Assembly (NCBI GenBank): GCA_046497565.1
Contig: JAWOFK010000051.1
Coordinates: forward strand, 1-49,219
Reading direction: 5' to 3'
DNA: 49,219 nt
Source of the DNA: Dehalococcoidia bacterium
GTDB taxonomy: Bacteria > Chloroflexota > Dehalococcoidia > GIF9 > AB-539-J10
Shown here: positions 40,480-49,219 of the stretch, piece by piece
Layout of the letters: the number at the start of each line of letters is the position of its first letter
How positions within the stretch are numbered: the first letter of the stretch is position 1
Notes under the pieces: model-generated
What the model was told of the DNA's origin: nothing
Database searches by the model: none
The model's input: only the letters and a program-made list of their open reading frames with translations
Program-made: the position numbers and the translations under genes

Positions 40480-41052
40480 GTGTACCGAGACCGTTCTGAA
40501 GGACAAACCTCAGATGAGGCTGTACTGGTCGAGAGAGCTGTCGGTCGTGACGCCAACGCTTTCGGAAAGCTGTATGATATGCATGTCGATAGGGTATACG
40601 GACATATCTATTACCGGGTAGGCAATGAAGCAGACGCCCAGGACTTGACCCAGCAGGTCTTTATCAAGGCCTGGCAGGCAATTGACAGATACAGGAAAAC
40701 GGCGACTCCATTCATTGCCTGGCTGATGACCATCAGCCACAATCTGGTGATAGACTTTTACCGAACCAGAAAAGACAGAGCGTATCTCGAAGCTGAGGTT
40801 CTGGCGAGTGATTCAGGACTGAGCCCGGAGCGGGCGGCCGAAGCCAATCTTGAGCAACAGCGTGTGCGGCGGGCGATTCTGCAGCTAAGAGGGGATGAGC
40901 AACAGGTAGTTATCCTGCGCTTCATGGAAGGGTTCGAGTTCGCTGAAATTGCTACTCTCCTGAAAAAGAAAGAGGGAAATATCAGGGTCATCCTCCACCG
41001 GGCACTGGTCAAACTCCGTGATATTCTGGAAAAGGAGGTGGAGCAGAGTTGA
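40480..41052 (+). CDS. ECF-type sigma-70 family RNA polymerase sigma factor
   Basis: 190 aa, GTG start; region 2 (FGKLYDMHVDRVYGHIYYRVGN..DAQDLTQQVFIKAW) and region 4 (ILRFMEGFEFAEIATLLKKKEGNIRVILHRAL). Confidence 0.85.
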   Translation: MYRDRSEGQTSDEAVLVERAVGRDANAFGKLYDMHVDRVYGHIYYRVGNEADAQDLTQQVFIKAWQAIDRYRKTATPFIAWLMTISHNLVIDFYRTRKDRAYLEAEVLASDSGLSPERAAEANLEQQRVRRAILQLRGDEQQVVILRFMEGFEFAEIATLLKKKEGNIRVILHRALVKLRDILEKEVEQS

Positions 41053-42326
41053 AGAAATTTGAAGATATACTTGCTCAGTGTATAGATAATATCAAGGCGG
41101 GCAGGTGCAGCATTGAGGACTGCCTGAACAGGTATCCGTCTCTGCGTAAGCAATTGGAGCCGCTATTGAGGGTCGCTCTTGAAATCCGGGAGCCGCCGGA
41201 TGTCAAGCCCTCTGGTTCCTTCAAGGTCAAGGCTCGGGTCCAGCTTATGGAGCACATTCATGACAGACAACCTGTAACAAAATGGCCATGGGCTCGTTAT
41301 AATGGACAGACAAAGCAAATACCGCTGCAAAGGAGGTTCAGCATGGTAAGTATTATTGTGGCAATCGTACTCACTCTTTCTGCCGTGGGCGGGGGCACAG
41401 CTTATGCCTCACAGGCCAGTTTGCCTGGTGACACTCTCTACCAGGTGAAACTCAGTACGGAGCAGGTAAGAATGATGATGCCAGCAGACGATGTTGGCAG
41501 GGCCGAGCGAGCTCTGAGCTTCGCCGAAAGACGCGTAGAAGAAATGGAGGCTCTGGCTGAAAAGGGACGTCTGCAACACCTGGGCCTGGCTGTGGAAAAG
41601 TATGATGATGCCATGGCTATGGTTAGCACTAAGATGAGACAGGCGAGTAATGAAGGTCTGCCTACAGGAAACATAACAGCGCTGGTGGGTAATGCCACGG
41701 CAAGACACCTCTCTGTACTGGATAGGGTGTTCGATTTGGTGCCGCCAGAAGCACAGGCAGCCATAGCACAGGCAAGAAACGTGTCGGCGACGGGGCATTT
41801 TCGTGCTCTGGAGGCTCTGGCACAGGTCGACCCGCTAAGGGCTGTGGAAATCAACATGGCTGCCATGGAAGGAAGATTGGATAGGGTCAGGGAGAGGGCT
41901 ATGGCCGGGGATATGAACGGAGCGGAGGCCGCTCTGCAGCAGTTTGAAACGATGGCCGAGTTCGGAGAAGACATTTCTGGAATTGGGCAAGAAATGGGCA
42001 AAGATACAGATGAGGTGGAAGAGCTCATAGCCGCGGCGACCTCGATACATCTGGAGGTACTGGGGGAGGTCTGGGAAGGACTACCGGAACAAGCAAGGCC
42101 AATCATAGAAGAGGCGATGGCTAGAGCACAGATACGTCATGAGAGGAGAGTCCAGGCCTTAGAGCAGAAGGGTATTGAGGCTCCTCACCCTCAGTTAGGG
42201 CCCCAGTTATCGGAAAGGGTACGGGAACGGGTGGAAAACATGTTGAGCCAAACAAGGCCTCTTTGGCCGACCATTCCCGGTGGCGGCACTTCGTCAGGAC
42301 GGCCGTGTCCGAGCTGCAGGCGATGA
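41049..42326 (+). CDS. Anti-sigma-factor-like membrane protein (DUF5667-like extracytoplasmic domain)
   Basis: 425 aa; 4-nt overlap with the sigma gene; N-terminal helical domain, one TM helix (IIVAIVLTLSAVGGG), then a long helical domain starting PGDTLYQVKLSTEQ. Confidence 0.65.
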   Translation: MKKFEDILAQCIDNIKAGRCSIEDCLNRYPSLRKQLEPLLRVALEIREPPDVKPSGSFKVKARVQLMEHIHDRQPVTKWPWARYNGQTKQIPLQRRFSMVSIIVAIVLTLSAVGGGTAYASQASLPGDTLYQVKLSTEQVRMMMPADDVGRAERALSFAERRVEEMEALAEKGRLQHLGLAVEKYDDAMAMVSTKMRQASNEGLPTGNITALVGNATARHLSVLDRVFDLVPPEAQAAIAQARNVSATGHFRALEALAQVDPLRAVEINMAAMEGRLDRVRERAMAGDMNGAEAALQQFETMAEFGEDISGIGQEMGKDTDEVEELIAAATSIHLEVLGEVWEGLPEQARPIIEEAMARAQIRHERRVQALEQKGIEAPHPQLGPQLSERVRERVENMLSQTRPLWPTIPGGGTSSGRPCPSCRR

Positions 42327-42394
42327 GGTTACGGACCCTGACAAGTTAGGGCTCGTAGCGACGGGCAGCGGGCAACTTCCTGTGGAACTTGCGT

Positions 42395-43054
42395 ATGAAG
42401 AAACAGCTTGTAATCCATTTGTTTTGTGGAGTTCTGCTTGGCGCGCTCATCGTGTCCGGGTTGGGCTGCGTCATTCAATTCGAGGTCGTTTACCGGGAAG
42501 GCCCGCTTACCACTCCCTTTGGGATAACCGAGTCTGAAATCAAGACTCTCGTCACACCGGAGTGCCCGGTGGTCAACGAGTATCTACAGATCATCCTCGA
42601 TGATGACTCTCCTTACGAGCCTTCCCAGGACGGCTTCGATGATATCCGGGACTGGGTTGCCATCACCATAGATTATATGTCTGATGACGAGCGATGGGGC
42701 GATAGCATGTACTGGCAAGCGCCTGAACAAACCCTAGCCTTGCGTACCGGCGACTGCAAGGATTTTTCTATTCTATTGATCTCTTTCCTCAGAGCCTACG
42801 GCATCGATGCGGAGCAGGTATATGTCGTCCTTGGTGTTGATGACGAAGGATATGGACATGCCTTCCTGAAAGAGAATTGGTATCACGACGGGGAGTGGCG
42901 GAGGATAGAGCCCCAAGCACCTGCTGAACTCTCTTCGTGGCATCCCAGGTTTGGGACTCGCAGGCCCCACCCTGATTCTGAACTGGACAAATATGAAATT
43001 ATCGTCGCCTTCAATGACCTCTATTACTATGATGAATCTTTTCCGTGGGACTGA
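42395..43054 (+). CDS. Transglutaminase-like cysteine protease domain protein
   Basis: 219 aa from the ATG at 42395; N-terminal signal/TM; TGDCKDFSILLISFLRAYGI...GHAFL...WRRIEPQ gives a Cys-His-acid triad. Confidence 0.7.
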   Translation: MKKQLVIHLFCGVLLGALIVSGLGCVIQFEVVYREGPLTTPFGITESEIKTLVTPECPVVNEYLQIILDDDSPYEPSQDGFDDIRDWVAITIDYMSDDERWGDSMYWQAPEQTLALRTGDCKDFSILLISFLRAYGIDAEQVYVVLGVDDEGYGHAFLKENWYHDGEWRRIEPQAPAELSSWHPRFGTRRPHPDSELDKYEIIVAFNDLYYYDESFPWD

Positions 43055-43084
43055 GGATTCAGGCTAATATTCTTTCCGCTTTCC

Positions 43085-43597
43085 TCAACAGGGTCGACAA
43101 TTAAACCTTTCTAGCTTCCTCCTCAATGTCACCAGGTTAACGACGTCTTCCTTATTGTATTCCAGCAATAAGCTCAAGGCTTTTCTGTCATTGTTAATCT
43201 GGTATCTCCACCACAGCGCTATCGCCTCTGCTCCACCAATATCCTGTAGCCGTCGACGAATACCTAATTGCCGCTCTACAGCCTTGAAACCGCCGTATAA
43301 ATTGTTTCTCCAGCAATCGTGCATCAGGTCACGATGATGAAAATGCTCTGTCAGGTTTACCCCCAGACGAAAATCGATGAAAGGAAGGTCAAAGCGGCTA
43401 CCGTTGTATGTATAGATTGTATCCACACAACGCAAGCTCCTGAGCAAGTTGGCCCTGGTCACCTCACCACCGACAAATTGAACCAGTGTGTTCCCGCTAT
43501 CGTTGGCTAAACAAATGCCGATAACGGTTATTTCGTCATAGAAAGAGCATAAGCCTGTGGTCTCTATATCAAGATAAGCATCAAGTGGCAGCTGCAA
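43085..43597 (-). CDS. RNase H-like 3'-5' exonuclease domain protein (YprB-type)
   Basis: 170 aa; YLDIETTGL...IYTYNGSRFDLPF...EYNKEDV are DEDD-type exonuclease motifs. Confidence 0.7.
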   Translation of the reverse strand: MQLPLDAYLDIETTGLCSFYDEITVIGICLANDSGNTLVQFVGGEVTRANLLRSLRCVDTIYTYNGSRFDLPFIDFRLGVNLTEHFHHRDLMHDCWRNNLYGGFKAVERQLGIRRRLQDIGGAEAIALWWRYQINNDRKALSLLLEYNKEDVVNLVTLRRKLERFNCRPC

Positions 43598-43721
43598 CCT
43601 ACTGCCTTCCTTTCCAATACGTCTGTTTTAGCATATAATAGCATATGTTCAGGAAAGTAGTCTCATTCTATCTTGTCAGCAGAACAGCGTCCAGCCAAAC
43701 AATTGTCGAAGGAGAGCAAAT

Positions 43722-43931
43722 ATGAAAGAGTGTAGCTTGGAGCAAAACAAGGAGGAATGTAACTGCACTTACGAGCCGTGTAGCAGGAAGGGCATTTGCT
43801 GCGAGTGCTTGAGATACCACTGGGGATCCGGCGAGCTGCCCGCCTGTTTTTTCCCCGATGATGTGGAGAGGACATACGACCGCTCCATCCAAAAATTTGT
43901 CGAGACTTATCAACAAAGAGGACGACGATAG
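43722..43931 (+). CDS. Small Cys-rich protein (DUF6485-like)
   Basis: 69 aa; RBS GAAGGAGAG upstream; [22 protein letters not shown] motif. Confidence 0.6.
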   Translation: MKECSLEQNKEECNCTYEPCSRKGICCECLRYHWGSGELPACFFPDDVERTYDRSIQKFVETYQQRGRR

Positions 43932-43988
43932 ATAACAGCTCGAGATGTACAGGTAGATAGCCAGATACTTTGCTATGTTTTTGTGTGC

Positions 43989-44702
43989 ATGCCAAGAATA
44001 GACAACCGAGCCGACGATAAGCTTCGCCCTGTGCGCATAATACTGGGGTACCAGAGTTTTGCTGAGGGTTCTACTCTAATTGAACTGGGGCAAACGAGGG
44101 TGCTGTGTTCTGTGAGCATGGATGAAAGGGTGCCCGGCTTTCTCAGAGGTGGAGGCCAGGGTTGGGTTACTGCGGAGTATGCCATGTTACCCCGTTCCAC
44201 ACTCACTCGTACACCGCGCGGCAAGGGAGAAGGAAGAAGCCAGGAAATTCAACGCCTGATCGGTCGCAGTTTGCGGGCGGTGACTAACCTGGCCGTCCTC
44301 GGAGAAAGAACGTTTGTGGTAGATTGCGATGTATTGCAGGCAGATGGCGGCACCAGAACGGCAGCTATCACCGGTGGATATGTTGCTCTATATGACGCCT
44401 TCCATAACTTAAGAAAACAGGGCATTTTGCCATTTATGCCTTTAAACAAAATGATAGCAGCTACCAGCGTGGGCATTGTCAACGGCAATATGCTACTTGA
44501 CCTTTGTTACGAAGAAGACTACCAAGCTGAAGTTGATTTCAATGTCATAATGACCGACAAGAATGAGTTTGTGGAAATTCAGGGAACTGCCGAAGGCAAG
44601 CCTTTCTCCAAAGAAACTGCCGATGCCGTGCTTTCTCTGGCGCAGCAAGGGATAGACAAACTGTTCAAAATCCAAAAGGAAATCTTAAGGGCTCTGTCCT
44701 GA
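43989..44702 (+). CDS. rph: Ribonuclease PH
   Basis: 237 aa from the ATG at 43989; [11 protein letters not shown]..., [33 protein letters not shown] are canonical RNase PH blocks. Confidence 0.9.
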   Translation: MPRIDNRADDKLRPVRIILGYQSFAEGSTLIELGQTRVLCSVSMDERVPGFLRGGGQGWVTAEYAMLPRSTLTRTPRGKGEGRSQEIQRLIGRSLRAVTNLAVLGERTFVVDCDVLQADGGTRTAAITGGYVALYDAFHNLRKQGILPFMPLNKMIAATSVGIVNGNMLLDLCYEEDYQAEVDFNVIMTDKNEFVEIQGTAEGKPFSKETADAVLSLAQQGIDKLFKIQKEILRALS

Positions 44703-44824
44703 GTCTGCATTCTGGTTCCTTGCTGTTGCGCCGACAATCGCTCCGGGTTAGATTTGCCTTCTAAATTTGCGTAAAATGATTTATACTTTAGGCTTACTGC
44801 AAGTTACGCGAGGTCTATAAGAAG

Positions 44825-46120
44825 ATGACACAGCTACAGTTAGCGCGAAAGGGAATTGTTTCACCCCAGATGAAGCACGTAGCCGAAAAAGAAGGAGTAG
44901 AGACGGACTGCATCATACAAGGCTTGGTTGAGGGCAAAATCGTAATCCCGGCCAATGTCAATCACGCGAATTTGATCCCCTGCGGCATAGGCACAGGGTT
45001 GAAGACAAAGGTCAATGCTAACATAGGCACATCATCAGATTTCTGTGATTTGAATGCAGAACTGAGGAAGCTACAGACCGCCATCGACTTTGGTGCTGAT
45101 ACTGTAATGGACCTGAGCACTGGAGGTGATATTTCAGCTATCAGGCGGAGTGTCTTGAGCGCTAGCACCGTGCCTGTGGGGACGGTGCCCATATATCAGG
45201 TGGGTATTGAGTCGATCGAGAGTCGCGGAGCCATTGTGAACATGACCGTCGATGACATCTTCGCCGTGATTAGCGAACACGCCAAAGACGGTGTCGATTT
45301 CATGACCGTCCATTGCGGAGTTACTCAGGCGTCTGTGGCCAGGCTGAAGAAACAGGGCAGGGTAACTGATATAGTATCTCGAGGAGGAGCTTTCCTGATC
45401 GGCTGGATGCTCCACAACGATAAGGAGAATCCCTTGTATGAATATTATGACCGCCTGCTGGACCTGGCTCTTGAATACGATTTCACTTTGAGTTTGGGCG
45501 ATGGCCTGCGCCCGGGATGTTTGACCGATGCCACTGACAGGGCTCAAATCGAAGAGTTAATCATCCTTGGTGAATTAGTAGAGCGGTCCAGGGAAACCGG
45601 CGTTCAAGCTATGATAGAAGGTCCTGGACATTTGCCATTGGACCAAATCGCCACTAATGTTCAATTAGAAAAAAGCCTCTGCCGTGGAGCGCCTTTCTAT
45701 GTTCTGGGCCCTCTGGTGACCGATGTAGGTGCTGGTTATGATCACATAACTGCTGCTATCGGTGGGGCAATCGCTTCTGCAACTGGTGCGGACTTCTTAT
45801 GCTATGTTACCCCCACTGAACATCTTTCGCTCCCCAATGCGGAGGATGTCAAAGAGGGGGTAATCGCCTCACGTATAGCTGCCCACGCTGGCGATATTGT
45901 TAAGGGAGTAAAGGGCGCCAGAGAGTGGGATGAACAAATGTCCAGGGCGCGCAAGGCTCTTGACTGGAAGACCCAAGCCAAACTATCTCTAGACCCTGAA
46001 CTTTCACAACAGGTCCATAGTAAGATACCTGGTGACGGCGCGACTTGCAGTATGTGCGGTAAGTATTGCGCTATGGCAATAGTGGAAAAGTATCTTGGCA
46101 TCTCAGCAAGCAAATGTTAA
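44825..46120 (+). CDS. thiC: Phosphomethylpyrimidine synthase ThiC
   Basis: 431 aa; ...NANIGTS..., [20 protein letters not shown], and C-terminal CSMCGKYCA cluster motif. Confidence 0.9.
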   Translation: MTQLQLARKGIVSPQMKHVAEKEGVETDCIIQGLVEGKIVIPANVNHANLIPCGIGTGLKTKVNANIGTSSDFCDLNAELRKLQTAIDFGADTVMDLSTGGDISAIRRSVLSASTVPVGTVPIYQVGIESIESRGAIVNMTVDDIFAVISEHAKDGVDFMTVHCGVTQASVARLKKQGRVTDIVSRGGAFLIGWMLHNDKENPLYEYYDRLLDLALEYDFTLSLGDGLRPGCLTDATDRAQIEELIILGELVERSRETGVQAMIEGPGHLPLDQIATNVQLEKSLCRGAPFYVLGPLVTDVGAGYDHITAAIGGAIASATGADFLCYVTPTEHLSLPNAEDVKEGVIASRIAAHAGDIVKGVKGAREWDEQMSRARKALDWKTQAKLSLDPELSQQVHSKIPGDGATCSMCGKYCAMAIVEKYLGISASKC

Positions 46121-46122
46121 CA

Positions 46123-46149
46123 GAGATTGCTCTGCTGCACTCGCAATGA
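46123..46149. repeat. Isolated mini right-arm palindrome (GAGATTGC-N9-CTCGCAATGA)
   Basis: The only member of the left-half repeat repertoire that I could find in the right half; lies in the 38-bp thiC-cinA spacer. Confidence 0.5.
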
Positions 46150-46158
46150 ACTTTCAAA

Positions 46159-47388
46159 ATGAAGACAGAGATAATTCCCGTTGGCACAGAAATTCTGCTG
46201 GGCAACATAATTGATAGCGATTCTTCCTTCTTGGCCAATCAACTGTCTTTGCTGGGAATCGACCTATATTTCATCTCCACGGTGGGCGACAATCAGGAAA
46301 GGTTAGTTGACACCTTGAGGCGAGCCTGGGCAAGGGCAGACCTTATCATCGTTACAGGTGGCTTGGGACCTACCCAGGACGACATCACCCGAGAGGCAAT
46401 TGCTGAACTGCTGGGCGAAGAACTGGAGGTTGACGAGAAACTATGGCAAGAATTGCAGGATTTGTTAAGTCGCTATCCTGGCAAAATACCGCAAAGCAAT
46501 ATGAAACAGGCAGCTATCATCCCCTCGGCTCAAGTGATTCCCAATCGTATGGGCACAGCACCCGGTTGGTGGGTTGAGAAAGATGACCATATAATTATAG
46601 CCCTGCCGGGGCCACCCGATGAGATGAAATTGATGTGGCAGGAGAGTATCCTTCCCAAACTGAAACAAAGAGTAACCGGAGAGGTCATCCTATCCAGGAC
46701 CATTAAGACTTTTCGGGTGGCCGAAGCCGCGATAGATGAATTAGTAACACCTCTTTCCAGACTATCGAACCCCACACTGGCCACTTACATTAATCCCGAC
46801 GGTGTCTATCTACGTATCACAGCTAAGGCAAAAGGGAAAGAAGAAGCTCAACGCCTCATTTCCCGAAGTGAAGAGCAAATTCGAGACATTCTTTCTCCTC
46901 ATATTTGGGGTGTAGATGATGATACCCTGGACTCTGTAATTGGAGGGTTGCTCATAGCCAGATGCTTGAGTTTAGCCACCATGGAATCTTGCACTGAGGG
47001 ACTTCTATGCACTACCATCGCCAGCGGCCAGGACAGCCATACTTACTTCAAGGGGGGATTGCTAGCCCGGGGTGACCAGGCCAAGATTGCCTGCGGTGTG
47101 GACGCCTCCTTCATAGAGCAACATGGCGAGGAAAGTACTCAAGTAGCTGTGGCAATGGCCGAGGTCGCGCGCAAGAATTTGAAGGCCGATATCGGCATGG
47201 GTGTCGGGGGCAACATCAATCCCGACACGAGTTCTGGTCAGGTATTCATTGGCCTGAAGAGTGATAAATTTGAGGAAACCTTCACCCACATGCTCCGCGG
47301 AAATCGCTCAAGAATGAAACAAAGGGCAGTTTATGCCGCCCTTTTTGATTTGAGAAAGATATTGCTTGAGGAGGCCCAATGCACTTAA
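46159..47388 (+). CDS. cinA: CinA-family protein (MoCF-binding domain + nicotinamide-nucleotide amidohydrolase domain)
   Basis: 409 aa; MKTEIIPVGTEILLG.I.DS...., VTGGLGPTQDDITREA, C-terminal PncC-like domain. Confidence 0.85.
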   Translation: MKTEIIPVGTEILLGNIIDSDSSFLANQLSLLGIDLYFISTVGDNQERLVDTLRRAWARADLIIVTGGLGPTQDDITREAIAELLGEELEVDEKLWQELQDLLSRYPGKIPQSNMKQAAIIPSAQVIPNRMGTAPGWWVEKDDHIIIALPGPPDEMKLMWQESILPKLKQRVTGEVILSRTIKTFRVAEAAIDELVTPLSRLSNPTLATYINPDGVYLRITAKAKGKEEAQRLISRSEEQIRDILSPHIWGVDDDTLDSVIGGLLIARCLSLATMESCTEGLLCTTIASGQDSHTYFKGGLLARGDQAKIACGVDASFIEQHGEESTQVAVAMAEVARKNLKADIGMGVGGNINPDTSSGQVFIGLKSDKFEETFTHMLRGNRSRMKQRAVYAALFDLRKILLEEAQCT

Positions 47389-47774
47389 TCATAGATGGTT
47401 ATTCCAGCAACCAACAGATTCTCCGCGACGAAGATTTCCTCCGAAACTGGTTGGAAAGTTACCCTGCCCAGATTGGAATGACCAGGATTTCACCGCCATA
47501 CGTGCTCCGATACGTAGGGCCAGTTCTGGACGATTGGGGGATATCAGGCTTTGTTTTTATCGCCGAAAGTCATATTGGCATCCATACGTTTGTTGAACGG
47601 AATTACGTTAACATAGATATTTTCTCCTGCAAGGATTTTGATATCGACAAAGCGATAAACGATTTTAGAGAGGGATTCCAGTTAGTTAAATTGAGAACCT
47701 GCCTCATTGATAGAGAATGGCCCGAGGCAACACCTGAGACATCCAACCCCCAGGGTTTCGTCTACCATGAATAA
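47379..47774 (+). CDS. speH: S-adenosylmethionine decarboxylase proenzyme (small SpeH type)
   Basis: 131 aa; GFVFIAESHIGIHTF contains the ES self-cleavage site; overlaps cinA by 10 nt and speB by 8 nt. Confidence 0.8.
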   Translation: MHLIIDGYSSNQQILRDEDFLRNWLESYPAQIGMTRISPPYVLRYVGPVLDDWGISGFVFIAESHIGIHTFVERNYVNIDIFSCKDFDIDKAINDFREGFQLVKLRTCLIDREWPEATPETSNPQGFVYHE

Positions 47775-48690
47775 CCGAGACCGTCATCCCGAGCCTTGCG
47801 GTTATTGGGATGAGGGAAAATTTCTACCGCCTCGGGTCTTTGCTGGATTAGAACCACCTCATGCAAATTTTCAGCAAGCCAAGACTGTGATTCTGCCCGT
47901 CCCCTACGACAGCACCAGTGAATGGCGAACCGGGTCTCGCCATGGCCCTCAGGCTATCATTGATGCCTCCCAGTATTTGGAGCTTTATGATTTAGAGCTA
48001 GACCGCGAGATATACAGGGTTGGTATTCATACCCTGCCTCAGCTAGAACCCGCGCTGGGCAGCCCCCAGGACATGATGTACAGGGTCTATCAAGTGACTA
48101 AAGACTTAATACAAAAGGAGAAATTTGTCGTGATGCTTGGTGGCGAACACTCACTTTCTTCAGGGATGGTGCAAGCTCATAAGGATGCATTTCCCGGACT
48201 TTCTGTGCTGCAACTTGATGCCCACGCTGACCTTCGAGATGAATATCTGGGGACCAAATATAGCCAGGCCTGTGTTATGCGCCGCATCTTTGAGCTGTGC
48301 CCTATCTGTCAGGTGGGAGTGCGCAGCCTCAGCCAGGAAGAAAAACAATTCTTAAGACAAAACAAGCTGACGCCCTTCTATATGTCCGACTTGGCATCAA
48401 AGGCAGTTTCTATAGACCAGATAGTTGAGTCACTCAGTGAAGATGTCTATGTCACCATAGATGTGGATGTTCTGGACCCTTCAATCATGTCGGCAGTAGG
48501 TACGCCTGAACCCGATGGTATGTCCTGGCGACAACTCCTGGATATAATGAAATCGGTAGCCCTTCACAGGCATGTGGTGGGTTTTGATTTAATGGAATTT
48601 TGCCCTGCAGAAGGGCCAGGTTCTTGTGCTTTTCTATTGGCTAAATTAGCCTACAAGCTTATCGGTTGCGCTGTGCCACAAACAACCTGA
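47767..48690 (+). CDS. speB: Agmatinase (ureohydrolase family)
   Basis: 307 aa from the ATG at 47767; GGEHS, LDAHADL, DVDVLDP, and the GxE region are arginase-fold metal-ligand motifs. Confidence 0.85.
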   Translation: MNNRDRHPEPCGYWDEGKFLPPRVFAGLEPPHANFQQAKTVILPVPYDSTSEWRTGSRHGPQAIIDASQYLELYDLELDREIYRVGIHTLPQLEPALGSPQDMMYRVYQVTKDLIQKEKFVVMLGGEHSLSSGMVQAHKDAFPGLSVLQLDAHADLRDEYLGTKYSQACVMRRIFELCPICQVGVRSLSQEEKQFLRQNKLTPFYMSDLASKAVSIDQIVESLSEDVYVTIDVDVLDPSIMSAVGTPEPDGMSWRQLLDIMKSVALHRHVVGFDLMEFCPAEGPGSCAFLLAKLAYKLIGCAVPQTT

Positions 48691-48900
48691 TGACCGGTGT
48701 TCAACTCAATCCCTGGGCTTGCCTTTTGTTGGAGTGATAAATCGAGAGCAATTAGTTCGCTTATGATTTGGAATACGCAACTGACGACGCATAACCACAG
48801 TCGCCAGACAATAAGACAGCTCAAGCAATTTTCACGGGGAAGGAGGTGCCGAATTTCGAGGAGAGTATGCTACAAAGGGTGTCTTTGCCCGGCTTTGACG

Positions 48901-48973
48901 TGAGCCGCCTGGGACTCGAACCCAGAACCGGCTGATTAAGAGTCAGCTGCTCTACCGATTGAGCTAGCGGCCC
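48901..48973 (-). tRNA. tRNA-Lys (anticodon CTT)
   Basis: Reverse complement GGGCCGC-TA-GCTC..GAGC-A-GCTGA-CTCTTAA-TCAGC-CGGTT-CTGGG-TTCGAGT-CCCAG-GCGGCTC-A; CCA not encoded. Confidence 0.9.
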
Positions 48974-49219
48974 GAGATGATAATGTTAGCATTAAGGAAT
49001 AAGGCAAGCAAATGGACCTGTAACGAATGTAACTGTCAACTTTTGGTCGGTGAGAATCCGGGATGGCCATCAACTTATGCCTCCGGTTCCGTGGATCAAT
49101 GCCCGGAGGACTTGCACCCAGGGACGATTCTGGTGTGGTCCAGATAGAGATGGCAGACCAGCCTCCAGCCAGACTTCTTCTGCAGTCCCTGCTTTCGGTT
49201 CTGGCTTGCTGATTTGCCG

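Noticed and set aside
48697-48903. 68-aa + strand ORF between speB and tRNA-Lys
   Set aside because: It has a non-ATG start and no RBS, it runs into the tRNA gene, and its composition is not protein-like.
49070-49219. Open - strand frame running off the window end (…EEVWLEAGLPSLSGPHQNRPWVQVLRALIHGTGGIS*)
   Set aside because: Only 49 codons are visible and I recognise no family. It could be the 3' end of a gene next to tRNA-Lys, but this cannot be supported from the fragment.
1-49219. Integrase, transposase, reverse transcriptase or retron/DGR components that could explain the repeats
   Set aside because: No ORF of 60 aa or more in any frame shows recombinase, DDE, Y1/HUH or RT motifs that I can recognise. 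The GIY-YIG gene is the only nuclease-like candidate associated with a repeat family.

Overview
49.2-kb bacterial window in two contrasting halves. No tools were run: all calls come from reading the sequence and the ORF track, and family assignments are motif recognition by eye. Left half (1 to ~25.9 kb): a tRNA cluster (Trp, Leu, Gly, Cys, and a second Leu at 2763). It is followed by a toxin-antitoxin-rich accessory stretch with HicAB, RelE plus antitoxin, DUF4258/YgiT, BrnTA-like and VapBC pairs, orphan HicB/DUF2283 antitoxins, and decayed toxin remnants. It also holds a small GIY-YIG nuclease gene and a secretin-less type IV pilus locus. The major pilin is on the + strand; pilT, a pilM-pilN fusion, pilO, two PilX-N/beta-helix paralogs, two minor pilins, pilC, pilB and a LuxR-type response regulator are on the - strand. 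Almost every intergenic gap between 0.4 and 22.4 kb is filled by a mosaic of short repeat modules. These are heptamer (GCTGAYN)n arrays, a 52-bp tandem repeat, a ~144-bp hairpin element, GTCATTGCGAG...CTCGCAATGAC MITE-like units and CCCCCTTA-N-TAAGGGGG hairpins. Right half (25.9-49.2 kb): essentially repeat-free regulatory and housekeeping genes. They include a wHTH protein, a GH3-family enzyme, a GGDEF/HD-GYP protein, a Trm9-like methyltransferase divergent from Elp3, a radical SAM protein, split transketolase, ECF sigma/anti-sigma, RNase PH, ThiC, CinA, SpeH, SpeB and tRNA-Lys. I found no CRISPR array, rRNA, integrase or transposase. The most novel candidates are: (1) the GIY-YIG gene sitting inside a palindromic repeat that also exists as gene-less copies; (2) the pilin cassette bracketed by near-identical 144-bp inverted repeats; (3) the PilX-N/beta-helix/Cys-rich paralogs; (4) a promoter grammar shared across the pilus transcription units. 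The gene content (bacterial Elp3, split transketolase, monoderm-type pilus) suggests a Chloroflexota/Dehalococcoidia-like origin, but this is inference only.
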